DNA from: Raillietiella orientalis
Taxonomy: Eukaryota
Direction of reading: 5' to 3'
Assembly: GCA_036172245.1 (NCBI GenBank)
Contig: JAYWIR010000002.1
Location: forward strand, 2,914,001 to 2,978,000
Length of the DNA: 64,000 nt
Below are positions 24,665 through 37,038 of the stretch, one piece after another (the stretch's first letter is position 1; the number at the start of each line of letters is the position of its first letter). Both the position numbers and the translations under genes were made by a program. Under the pieces are notes generated by a model, which saw only the letters and a program-made list of their open reading frames with translations, did not search any database and was not told the DNA's origin.

Positions 24665-27520
24665 ATGAAGAAACTGGAAAGTATTTTGCGGTTTTCTACT
24701 TTAAGGCGGTAAGTTAAGTGTTCATTTTTCAGTAACTCATGTTGAATAACACTTGGGACCCTAAAAAGAGCGTAAATAGAATTTTATTATCGTTCATAGC
24801 CTCAGTGGTATTATTTTATTAAATAAGCTCCCTTTTGTATGTGTTGCGTTTCCTTTAATTTTTAAATTAATAACCAGAAATCCACAGGTCAGCTGTATTA
24901 TTTTTTTCCGATGTTTTTTTTTTGTAGCAGAAGAATGACTGCAGTACTGGGTGTATTTTCATTGTCTGCTGGAGCTGTAGGAGGTTTATATGCTTATGCT
25001 CAATATGATAAGTCTTTCCGCTCAAAACTGGAATCATTGCCTGGGATGGCCCAGTTTTTTAAATATGTGCTGGATACAAATGTAGATACATGGAAAACAA
25101 GCAGTGGTTTAGAGAGGTTGGCAGAGACATGCATGCAGTCATGTAGCTTATGCATGTGATGTAGATTCACTGATTATGCTAAATTTTCCAAAGAAAAAAT
25201 TTCATCGCTTTCTCTTGATTTAACCAATTCTGCTGCAGTTATGTTTGAACAGATATTTAAACGGAAGAACATAATAAACAGCAGGTAAACTGTTTAGTTA
25301 TCATATGCCAACTTGATTTTGATTTTTGATTGTAGCTCCCAGAGTGCCACGGATGAATCAAACATACCTCATGATGAAAAAACTATTCCTTCACCTGGTG
25401 TGTATGTGGTTTAATTATTTAAAAAAAAATATTGTTTTATGTAGATTCAATTTCTTTCAGTAATGAAAAACCTGAAAATGCTGCAGTGTCAGGTAAATTA
25501 TTTATTTGAATTGATGTATGTACTATACCTACACATTTTGGTATATTTGATCCTTGCTCCTCTCATTAGTTTCTTAACTTTATCATGTTAGTTACCAAAA
25601 TGACTTATTTTCTCACACTGCAGTTTCAGTTCTGTCATTATATTCTAAGTTCGTCTAAAATGTGTTACTTTATGATTGTTTAAAGTATATTTTGTTTTGG
25701 AAGATCTGAATGGTAATCAGTTGCAACAGCAACTTGAAGAGGGCTCACAGCTTTTGTTGGCTAGTTGTGATAGAGCTTTAAGAAAAATAAGATGTAAGTT
25801 TTAAAAGTAGACTCTAGAATGAAATGTAAAAATCTCGGTTTCTTGCAGCTCATCTTATTGCATTACAGGAGGCTATTGAAAGTCTTGATAGCAAGAAATT
25901 AGAAGCTGCATCCTGCTTGTATTCAGAGAAAGAAAAAGCTGTTCAAGAAGTGTTAGAAAATGAATTAAGATTGCAGTAAGTATGTGGATTGTGAAGCATC
26001 TTACAGGCAATATCCTAAGAAATCTCTTACAAGAAGCCCTGGTTTCATCTTCTCCAAGTCTTATCTCCTTTGCCCAAGAAGTGAAGACCACTGTTAAAAA
26101 TTGTAAAGATCAAATACAAGAAAGCCTACATGAAGGACATATTACAGAGGAGTATGCTCAACTTGTGAAAGAAGGATGGAAACAATTACAGGCAAGCATG
26201 ATCCATTAGAAGTAGGGTTTCTCTATTGTGCAGTAGACAGAGCTGTTTGCATTACTACCACAGCTAGCAACAGACAGTCCTCCTTTCAAATTGAGAGAAG
26301 AAGAGTTGGATATCATTGTTGCTCATGCATATCGCCATGCAATGAAGTTGCAAAAGGAGCTGTCTCATCAAAAGGTTAGAGATTTATGCTTTGCTTGTTT
26401 TTATAGTGATGTCTGTAGATTATTCACAAAATGCATTTAGATCATTTTGCCAAAGTAAATCTCAATGAAGAAAGTCAAAAGAAAAACATTTCTTTGGAGC
26501 AACAGTTGCTGCAACAAAAGCTTACTTATGAACGTGAGGTTGGTACCAAGAAGAAACCTTTCATTTCACTTGGTCAAAATTATTAGATAGACCAGATTAA
26601 AGAACAATTAAGTCAGGAACTGCAACAAAAGATCCACCTGCAAGCAAATGTGTTTTCTGAATACCTTCATGAAATCATTCGCTTAAAAGAAGAAGAACTC
26701 AGACATCAACTTGAAGAATCATTAGAGACTGAGCGTATCAAAGAAAAAAAACATTACCATCAACAGTTGGCTGCAGCTCTCAAACAAATCCACGGATTGC
26801 AATGTACATTGAAGTCCTGGATGAAATTGGATCATGCAAACCAGCAGGCACAGCAACTGTACCTCAGCTGCCAGCATTTGCTGCACTGTTTGCATGTAGG
26901 ATCATCAGACACTTCATGCTGGCAAGATCAACTTACCCCTATTGGTCATCAGCTTCAAATTATAAATGCCGTCTCTGGTAAGGAAAGATTATTGGATTTC
27001 TTTTCATAATTTTTTCACAGATAATGATCCATTTGTTAAAACTGTCCTCTCATGTGTACCAGACATTATTTGCAGTCGTGGGCTTTTTCCAAAAGAAGCC
27101 CTCAAAGTTCGGTTTGACAAGGTGTATACTGTGTGTCATCGAAGTGCTTTAGTAGACCTCCAGCATTTCTCGCTATTCCGTTTTGTGTTGTCACATCTGC
27201 AGAATTTGTTTCTTCTGAATGTGAAAGCATCACTATCTTTGGAGCAGTTGAGAAATGATCCACTTGATATCCATCAATTGTCCACACATGATATCCTGAG
27301 TAGAGCAAGAAGCTGTGTAGATAAAGATGACTTGCAGCTTGCAGTTCAGTACATGAATCTTCTCAAGGGAGAAGCCCGTAAAGTAGCTGAAGATTGGATT
27401 TGTGAAGTCCATCTCTGGTTAGAAACTAAGTTAATGGTTACTACCCTCATGGCATATGCTGTGACACGTAGTTTACAAGCAAACACAAAAGTGCCACCTG
27501 ATATAATGAACTTTGAATGA
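24665..27520 (+). CDS. IMMT: MICOS complex subunit Mic60 (mitofilin), 12 exons: 24665-24708, 24928-25116, 25165-25284, 25336-25397, 25445-25492, 25704-25793, 25849-25975, 26020-26191, 26237-26374, 26419-26538, 26587-26977, 27021-27520
   Basis: Basic presequence, TM segment followed by GGLYAYAQYDKSFRSKLE, long coiled coil, ELDIIVAHAY motif, and C-terminal mitofilin domain (LKVRF...THDILSRAR...DLQLAVQYMNLLKGEARKVAEDW). Exon phases join consistently. The 5'-most boundaries are less certain. Confidence 0.92.
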
Positions 27521-29441
27521 AACAGCGAGAGGGTGGTAGTTGGGACCTTGTAGGAATGCAAAGTTAATAAAATAGCTAACTATGAATTTATTTATCTTAC
27601 AAGTGCTGATATTCATGCGGGGGGTATGGTCATTTCCGATTCCGCAAATGCTCATAAGGCGAAGTTATGCGATAGAATTCAAGTTGTGACTATATCAGCA
27701 TCTCTAAAGATGACTTTCTGGTGTTTGCTGCAAGTATGTTCAATGTCTACGCCTTCTTTTTTTCACTGAAGGAGGTGCGGCAAGGCAATAAGAGTGGACA
27801 ATTTCTCCTTTTGGCTTGCTTTCTGCATCCCTCGTGTGTCCAGAGGTCAGAGAGGTCGAGTCGCGCTGCTCCCCTTCGTCTTCTGTCCACCCGCGAAGAA
27901 TGCTGGTCGCGCTCCATCGTAATCGATCATCCGTTCTTTAAAAAAGCCACTGCTGCTGCTGTAATCCAATGCATTTGGATACCATCAAGGGAAAACCATT
28001 CTCCAATGATTTCTTTGTCTTAAAGTGACTCGTATTTCTGTAGATTCTGAACGGTCTTTTCATCCAAAGTACCCTAACGATATCAGCAATGTAGATACTA
28101 ACTGCTAATGCTAGTTTCAGATCTAAATAAACAAGCACTCTTGCTCAGCCAAAGGGTCTGAGAGGTCACGAATGATCATATGTTCATTGCTAGAGACGAA
28201 TGAGGTCGAGAAGCTCACAAAACAGACTTTGGAATAGCTGTGTATAATCTAAGATAATGAAATTTCAATTACACAGCATTTCTCTCTCCCTCACCACTTA
28301 CAGCTGTGTCTAATGGAAGAACAGGACATAATTCCTTCAAAATCAATGCCAAGAAGCATCAAACATTTTGCTTTGATTCATAAGTAGGAGTCGCATCCAG
28401 AGTCGACTTCCTTTGTTTCAGTGACCGAGTGCAAGGTAGACAAATGCAACAATAGAAATACCTTTATCCTGTTGAGGAAGTAGATGATTCAGCAAAAGCA
28501 GCGCTGTGGAAGCTTAGGTAACATATAAGTACATCCATTCATAGGGATGACGTATAATTCACCAACAGTATTATGAGCTGTTTCAAACAAATTATAATTC
28601 CATCTTTTATGATGGAATTATAATTTGATAATGTAGCCGTTCTAGTACGTTCACTATAAAACGAAATGGAGCAACACTGATCAAGTTTCTACGTCATGTT
28701 ACCCATCACGTCCATAGAAGTGCAAATGTTTTAACTGTTCCTGATTCGCTTAAGGAACTTTCAGATTATCATTACAAAGTTACAGAAATTCTTGACATAG
28801 CAAAAGCATAAAGAAGAATCGTATCATGCCGAGAAAAGTTGCGGTTTTCTTCTAATTGTATTTTTGAATTTTGTAAACAGAGGAATGAAACAGGACTGAA
28901 GAGCACAGCAGATGATCTATTCCATTTTCTTAGTTCTTAACCTCTGTTTTACAAACCTTGGTGTTCCAAGCTACAGGAAAAATTTCCAATCTTTGGATTG
29001 CATAAAATACAGAAATTGAAATTTTTCCAATCATTTATTCTAGATTGTGCTGCATTAGTTATTCATTTTTGTTAACCGATGTCTTCTGAAGTTTGCATAA
29101 AAACAAAGCACTGAAATTTATTATAGAATGTACAGAATAATGTCGTTAGATATAAATCATATGTTCAGATCATATGAATAAAGAAATTAGAGAAACAAGA
29201 ATAATTTTACAGTGTTGGTTAGTAAGAACAATGAAATTTAAGTTTTGTTTTATGCTTGATTCCCTGATAATAATGCTACAGCTTATTTTTGAAATTTGAT
29301 GCTAACTCTCATGATTAGACTTGGTATTGGTGATTGTCGCGAGCACGTTGCTAATTTGAAAGTACAGTGCCGACTGTTGTGACCCCCGTGACCTGAGTCT
29401 TGGGTTCTGACTTTCTTTTGTTGTAAATTAAGGTTGACAAA

Positions 29442-32400
29442 ATGAAGTACATAGTTGTTACTGGTGGAGTGCTCAGTGGAATTGGTAAAGGAATTATAGC
29501 CAGTTCAGTTGGAACGATCTTAAAGTCCCATGGCCTTACGGTGACCGCTATCAAAATTGATCCTTACATTAATATAGATGCCGGAACTTTTTCTCCATAT
29601 GAACACGGTAACACATTCACGTGTATATGATAGCACGGATCTACTTAACATGAGTTATCCATACAATTGTAGGAGAGGTGTATGTTCTAGAGGATGGCGG
29701 TGAAGTAGATTTGGATTTAGGCAATTATGAAAGATTTTTAGATGTTACCCTTCACAGAGATAATAATTTGACTACAGGAAAAATATATCAGTACGTTATC
29801 GACAAGGAAAGAAAAGGTTGCTACTTGGGTAAAACGGTTCAAGGTAAGTACCCTATGCTTGTGTTAGGCATGTATCCTTAAATTGAGTTTTCCAGTGAAG
29901 CATGTCAGTGCCCTGATGTTTAAAGAATGCGAATGTAGCAAACACAAATGGCACTTATTGAGTTCAAGGAATGAGCGAGCATTTATTTCCGGATGACTGT
30001 AATGTTTTGTTTAGGATTAACCTGACGAAATTTCGTGAATATAAACTTAATTCAGTGGCCCATTTTCATTATATGTATGTTCTGTGATGTCAGAAAGTCA
30101 TTATCAAAGTAGATAATGCCCTGTTTCAAAATGCAGACGTTTGCAGTTAGGTGTATAGGAACTACTTTATTTCTATCAGATATTTGGAATCTTCTGAAAT
30201 CATCATATGTAATGACTGACATGTACTTATGTATATATTAGTATGCATATGGATCTCATGATATTCTGCCCTGCAAAATTGATTATTGTCGTTTGTTGCG
30301 AGACGAAGAATTTTTCGAAAGATTGTACATATTCTTTATATTTTGTTTTATTTTATTGAGTGAAAATCTGTTTTGTTTCTATATTCTCATGGATCACTTA
30401 ATTATAATTTAAAAAGTCTTGTTTGGGTTACTGGAATTCAGTAAATAACATTTACATCTGCATTTGATCATGAGTGAACATTTGGGTGTTTGTACTGATG
30501 AGCATTTGAAATTTGGGCTCAAGTGTGCTGCAGATATGTGATTTTTATTCTATTTTATAGTAATTCCACATATAACTGATGCTATCCAAGAATGGGTGCA
30601 ACGAGTTGCCGTAATTCCAGTGGGTTCTGAAAATCCAGAAGTAAATAATGCATGTTTGTACTTTGTTTATTGTGCTAAATTTGAAATACCAAATTCAAGT
30701 AGTGCAAGAATTTATAGTTTTCAATGAAGCTTTGAGTGTTAGCATATTAAAAACACATAAAGTAGTGAGGGTTTACATTTACAAATTATGTGAGTTCATC
30801 AAGATCATGATGAATGGTGGTGTGGTACTTCTAGGTGTGCATCATCGAGCTAGGAGGTACTGTGGGTGATATCGAAAGCATGCCGTTTGTGGAGGCTTTT
30901 CGGCAGTTCCAATTTCGTGTAAAGAAGGAGAACTTTTGCAACATTCATGTGAGCCTGGTTCCTTATGTAAGGTCGTACATCATTTGGTTAAAGGCTAAAC
31001 AAATTACTATAGTTAAAAACGAGCAATGAATCCAAATCAAAGCCAACTCAAGCTAGTGTTAGGGAATTGAGAGCCTTAGGTATTTTTCCTGATTTGATCA
31101 TCTGTCGTAGTGAGAAGCCCATCCCTGATTCAGTGAAGGAGAAAATTTCAAATTTTTGTCATGTGACAACAGAGCAAGTGTGTAATGTATCTCACCAACT
31201 ATTCCATTTCGTATGACATCTGATAGGTCATTGCTTTACCTGACTGCTCATCAGTGTACGAAGTTCCGTTAGTTCTCGAGGAACAAGGAGTTGCCAGGTT
31301 GCTTCAAGAAAGACTACAGTTGAAGACACAGGAAAGCCCCAAATTAGCCTTAGAAAACTGGCACTTGTTAATTCAGAAGTAGGTTGATTTCGAATTCACC
31401 GAACTGCGAGGTACATGTATTTTCAGACTGGAAAGCACCAAAAAGGAAATTGTGATTGCGCTGGTAGGCAAATACAGCCTATTGGAAGATTCTTATATGT
31501 CTGTGATCAAATCATTGGAACATGCAGCACTGGCTGCTAGTCGGAAGCTAAATCTGAAGGCAAGTCTAAGTTGTAATGAAGAACATTTATATTTTGATGT
31601 AGATGATAATGGCGGATTATTTAGAACCCAAAGCTGAACATACGTCTCCTGTGGAATACCATTGGGCATGGTCTCAGCTATGCAGCAGCCAGTGAGAATT
31701 TGAAAATCTCATGTTGAATGTATTTGTTGGTAGTGGAGTGGTAGTGCCTGGAGGATTTGGACAGCGAGGTATTGAAGGCAAGGTAGCAGCTTGTAGATGG
31801 GCAAGATCTCGGAAGAAGCCTTTGTTAGGACTGTGTCTTGGTTATCAGTGTGCTGTTATTGAATTTGCCAGGTAAAAGAATGGAGAGCAGGAAACACTTT
31901 TTTGTGAGAAGGAATGTATTAGGAATGTCAGAAGCAAATTCCACAGAGTTTGTCTCTGATACTCCCTTCCCTGTTGTTATTGAGATGCCAGAACATACAA
32001 ATGGAAATCTGGGAGGGACTATGCGTCTAGGTGCTAGGAGCACTGTTTTCCAGAAAGCATCCTCTGTAATTAGTAGGTGACACTAAATGATGATCATAAT
32101 GGTGTAGGGCAATTGTACGGTAATGTTGCAAGCATCCAGGAACGACACAGGCATCGTTTCGAGGTTAATCCAGCGTACATCAACAAGTTTGAACAGGCAG
32201 GAATGCATTTTGTGGGTAAGTACTCATTGATACTCATTGATTTGAAAGAAGAAAGCATCAAATTGAATTCTGAACTTAGCCACTGATGAAGAGGGGAACC
32301 GAATGGAAATTATGGAATTAGCAGATCATCCTTATTATGTTGGCATGCAGTTTCATCCAGAATACCTCAGTCGCCCCTTGAAACCTTCCCCTCCATTCTT

Positions 32401-32533
32401 GGGTTTCATTCTTGCAGCTTGCGATCTACTTAATAAGTTTTTGAAAAATGAGAATCAATTGAACTTTCACGATGATCACAGTTCCGCATCAGAAGAGTCC
32501 AATCATGATAACATTGTCCTTGAGATAAGCTAG
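29442..32533 (+). CDS. CTPS: CTP synthase, 12 exons: 29442-29607, 29673-29843, 30561-30640, 30835-30966, 31013-31177, 31227-31378, 31427-31559, 31603-31691, 31734-31871, 31912-32072, 32108-32215, 32280-32533
   Basis: [72 protein letters not shown] (catalytic Cys), [16 protein letters not shown] (His/Glu of the glutaminase triad). Confidence 0.98.
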
Positions 32534-32838
32534 AAACTTTTCCTGTTAATGCTCTACAAAAGAAAGTATCTTCTCCCACCATCAGTGACTCAGATATAGG
32601 ACTTTTGAGTGTACTGGAAAAAAGTATTCTTTGACATGTTCACAATAGGTCTTGTGTTCTGTAGTAAACTGATTGCAAGTTCTGTCAACCATTTTTTTAA
32701 TTAATAGCAAATGGATGCATTTTGAAGTGCTTCTTTGCCTACTCATTGGAGGAATGCATTGCAACTGTGTGTTCTAAAACCTCCAGCTGAGTTGGCAGTG
32801 TTCTTCATATTATTCTACAACTGTGTTGTAGGGCTGGT

Positions 32839-33893
32839 ATGAGGTGGCTAAATCGTCAGTTATGGTATTCATCCATGTTGTGGAGGATTAGTTTCCATCA
32901 TACAGTGTTAATGCCACCACTTTTGTCTTCAGCAAACAAAGTAAACTTAAATACTCATGTCAGACCAATCAGCAGCAGTCAGCTCCTTTGGAGAGAAAAA
33001 AAGCCTGACTTTCCTGAGGTGGTTATTCATTTTGTATCATTATGGATGTTTATTGTTTTGAATTTATGGTTCATGAAAGTAAATCCTAATTTTACCATGT
33101 ATCCCTTTGCATGCCATATAACGTTGCAGAGCAATAAAATTTTGGATTATTCTGTTAGTAAAACTAATCATTAATCTAGCTTCAGGAGTTGAATGTAAAT
33201 GCCACACCAAGAGAAAATGTGTTTTTCTTGTATTTCTCATTGAGCCACATTATGTATCACATGCAGAATTTTTGATATTTCTAAATTACAAAATCTAATG
33301 TCGTTGAACATTATACTGTGGTGTGGGTTCCTACAATTTAAAGAATTGAATGAGATTGCCGAATGCTTTCAATATTAAGGATATGATGGAAACTGACAGC
33401 AGTAGTGACGATGATGATGATTCCACAAATGACAGGAATTCTGGGAAAAGTTTCCGAAATATAACAACCAAGGTTCTTTTTCCACGTTTGGATTTAATTT
33501 TGAAAGCTGGCCTTAAAATGTCAAGGAGGTAATTCTTTCAACTGAATTTGCGTGGTTTCAAAATTTGGTAAATACATTGCTAGCAAGCTAGATGAGAAGT
33601 TTTATGAAGGAAGGATTCGTATCAACGGTAAAATCCCGGATAAGAAAAGCGCACAGGTAGACGATCAACTCTATACTTTTATGTGTAAGTTTTAACTCCA
33701 GATAAACGTTGAGGATGAAATTGACTTGATCCAGAGTGTATCTTCAGATAATAATGAAATTTTAAATGTATCTCGGGTTGAAGTTGAGAAAATCGGTACT
33801 CCTGGTGATGATTTGAAAGTTGTTGTGCATTTGCGTGTGTTTAAGCAGCTTTTGGTTTCTCAGTATGCTGATCCATACGTGCCGGATAAGTGA
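32839..33893 (+). CDS. MTRES1: Mitochondrial transcription rescue factor 1-like (C6orf203) S4-like RNA-binding protein, 4 exons: 32839-33018, 33380-33528, 33584-33656, 33702-33893
   Basis: Presequence-like N-terminus, acidic patch, then RLDLILKAGLKMSRSKLDEKFYEGRIRINGKIPDKKSAQINVEDEIDLI...VSRVEV...VHLRVFKQL, matching the MTRES1 S4-like domain layout. Confidence 0.85.
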
Positions 33894-35871
33894 AGTTTGC
33901 TGATGAAACAGCATTTCTACATTAACGTATTTGGAACAAAATATAAATATTTTATATCACTTGATGGTGATCACTTCTGCATGCTAGTGTATATACATTT
34001 CTTTTTTCTATTTATGTTACTTCCGTATTTTTCTTGGGGGAGGGAGGGGATGAAGGAATTCACTTTGCAAGCCAGGTACCCCTATTTTTTTTGGCTTTAT
34101 GCATTGTATGAACTGTTTGTGTGTTATTTCAGTTTCAGAGCACCAAGTGCCTTTTATTATCCAATCTATCGTATGAACGCACTTGTTTCCAAATATTACC
34201 TAGGCCAACATTTTACAACTCGAAAAATGTGGCCTTTCACGGAAATGCTTATGTTTACATTAATATTTTGCCTGGAATAACATTACAGCCCAGTAGGTTG
34301 TAAAATACTCCTGCAAGGTTAAATGTTGATCTGTTTTGTAGAATGCATAACAGTACACACAGCTCTTGTAGGCTCGAATCTCATTCATTTGCTCGGCAAG
34401 AAATCTTAAGAGAAAATTTTTCAGAGATTCAGTGATCTGGAACCAGAAACACAACCATGTTGATGCAGTATGACAATAAAAATTTGCATGTATTTCCTAA
34501 ATAATGCAAGAAGTATCTTTCCATTCTCAGTCTAGAGCTAGCAAAAATCCATTTCTAGAAGCTGCACTGTTGCATTTCCACAATCACTTCATTTGTTTCT
34601 TTTGTTACTTCCATCATTCCTGATCTCTACGGATGTAAAGAACTTACTTTCTGGTGTGCATCTGAGTTTTTTAAGCTGCAGTAATTTTTTGTATGCAATT
34701 TTTGTGGCATCAGTCTAAAGATCAAAGCTGTAGCAAAAATGATAAGTGATTATATGCAAAGTCTCTGGACAGTTCTACAAAGCAGTGAAGAAGAGGGAAC
34801 AATACAGTGAAGAGAAAATGGATCTGATGAGAGGGAAAACCAAACGGATTCATTTTTAATGCAATCTTCAGAACCTTGGAGTCCGTAAGACAACAAAGAA
34901 AATGCAGATTATCGGTTTCAGAGTTTTTCTGTAGAGACTAAAGGGATAAGTGCTAATTGCAAGTTGAAGTGCTTCAAAAAATTCGTGACAGCTGATCGTA
35001 ATACATTATGCATGCGTTACGAAGTTTTCTAGCAGATTATGTGTGTGAATCGTTCCTTCGGAGGATAAGAAGGATCATCATTGGCTCGGGAAGATTTTGG
35101 GGGAAAGACAAAACGGACAAAGTATTTCTTTGATTCTTACGAGGTAGCAGTACAAGATGTAAAGAGTTACCGTTAATGTCTTCAAGACCTTGCTTTCTGG
35201 TTAGTAGGTGAATTTAAGGCCTATTCAACTACGATAGATGCAAAGCAGAAGTTTGGAAGTTTCATTAGGGGTATGGGTTGAGATTATTTCTTTAGTGTGA
35301 TGCCGGGGTGCAAAATGAGGTGCAATTTTAAGAATTAGCTCAGATCGTTACGTGTAAGAGACCGTGAATTGCTTGGTGGGGAAGAATCAGACACTCAGTG
35401 TACATGATGAACCGTAAACCAATGTGATGCTACTTATTGCGGAATCTAGAAGGAGTATTGTGGATTCGGCTTCCCTTAGTTCACCAAAAGGAGTACATTT
35501 TACAGGCTTGAAGGCAGGAATTGAAGTGTAGGAAATCCAGTTTTAACGAATACGGTTTGGAGAACACCTAATGATCATAGATAAATGTTGGAATGTAAAG
35601 CTTGACGAGGCACTGAGGACACGCAATTCCTCCAGACGATACATGTGGAATCTGATGATCATTCAAGGGAACTTTCAAAGACCCATGATGGAAAATCAAA
35701 TATGGTGCATTGCAGGATTGCTCGCATCAACTCAGCAAGATTCTCAAGTCTGGAATTGCAAGAGTCTGGCAAGAGATAGTTATCTCAGGGGATCTAGTAA
35801 AGAGAGAAAGAACACCAACAGAAGTGACAACATTGGAGATCAAAATACACTAGTACTTATCTGATTTTAGA

Positions 35872-36002
35872 AAAAATGCAGCCCCACCAGATGATCTGGA
35901 CAATGCTCTCACCCCGGAAGGAAGCACCGAGGAACCGTGAAGAACACGGAGGAAACATCATTCGCGAAGGATTCTCCAGAGCCATTCCAGCAACAGATTT
36001 TG
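35872..36002 (+). repeat. 131-bp second copy of the retrotransposon 3' end (direct repeat of 36908-37038)
   Basis: Ungapped alignment at offset 1036 with 6 mismatches by hand count. Covers the last codons, stop codon and start of the 3' UTR. Confidence 0.95.
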
Positions 36003-36164
36003 TATTAATCCAAAGGCTAAATAAAATCTTTCAAAAAGTAAACCAATTCCTATCGGAAAATATTTAAGATAATAATATGTCTTTATTTTTTTTTTTCTAG
36101 GACACTGTTTCCTTAGTTCATCTAAAGATAAGTTTTCAAAGCTTTTAGCTTTTAGCATTTCAGG

Positions 36165-37038
36165 AGTGCAATTGCAACGAGAACACCCATGGCAATCCCT
36201 CATTGAAAACCACGTTAGTCAAGGGAAGGCCATGCAGTGTGTGGAAGGTCATGCATCACTCTTCAAGCTTCTTCCATACAAACGGAATCCACCTAAGATA
36301 CCAAGACTACAGACAGGTTCATCCATGAGGCAGGACTGAACCTTCCGCCCCTAAACGATGGACCAACGAAGAAGGTTCATGAAAGAATGTATCGGCGTTG
36401 CGGAATCGAGGACGAGACTTTATCACACGTGCTCAACAGATGTAAAAAGCACGCGCCTCTGGCGATGCAGCGCCATGATGCTATCCTGGAAATTGTCAAG
36501 AAGGCCGCAATGGATGAAGCCAAGTGGACTCTGGTATCGAGTAATCGCAGAGTGCCAGGAACCACCTCCGCCCTAAAACCAGACCTGGTTTTGGAAAAAA
36601 AGCGATCGAATAGGTGTGCTGGACATCTCCTCCATCTCCATTTGAAAACGGAAAGGAGGCGTTCACCACATCCAGGAAAATAAAGAAGGCCAGATACCAG
36701 GATGTCGCCACGCAACTCGGAAACACTGGGAAAATGACCAAAGTGCAGGCGATCCTTGTCGGCCCACTTGGAGCATGGGATCCTGAAAACGACAACGTTC
36801 TACAATACATAGGAACTTCGAATAAGAAGCTGATAAGGATACGGCAGCGGATGGCTGCCACCTGCATCCGCTTTTCAAGTAGCATCTATGCATCACATGT
36901 AGGAAGGAAAAATGCAGCGCAACCAGATGATCTGGACGATGCTCTCACCCCGGAAGAAGGCACCGAGGAACCATGAAGAACACGGAGGAAACATCATTCG
37001 CGAAGGATTCTCCAGAGCCATTCCAGCAACAGATTTTG
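36165..37038 (+). mobile_element. 5'-truncated, frameshifted RLE-type non-LTR retrotransposon (NeSL/Utopia-like): zinc knuckle plus restriction-like endonuclease
   Basis: Pieces in several frames: SQGKAM, GIHLRYQDY, RFIHEAGLNLPPLN, YRRCGIEDETLSHVLNRC (CCHC with first Cys mutated), RHDAI, KPDLV, PFEN, K..RY, VGPLGAWDPEND, IYASHVG. Stop at 36974-36976. The RT core is absent. Confidence 0.9.

Noticed and set aside
33897..34280. 127-codon ORF right after MTRES1
   Set aside because: T-rich 3'-UTR-like sequence giving a Phe/Tyr/Leu-biased peptide, with a TTG start and no motif.
34740..35800. Faint transposase- or integrase-like traces upstream of the RLE element
   Set aside because: Too degraded to assign a family from sequence alone.
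35837..35870. Faint resemblance (AGATCAAA...TAGTA...CTTATC) to the U2 snRNA region targeted by Utopia
   Set aside because: Needs several gaps over about 30 nt of AT-rich sequence, and no other U2 features are present.
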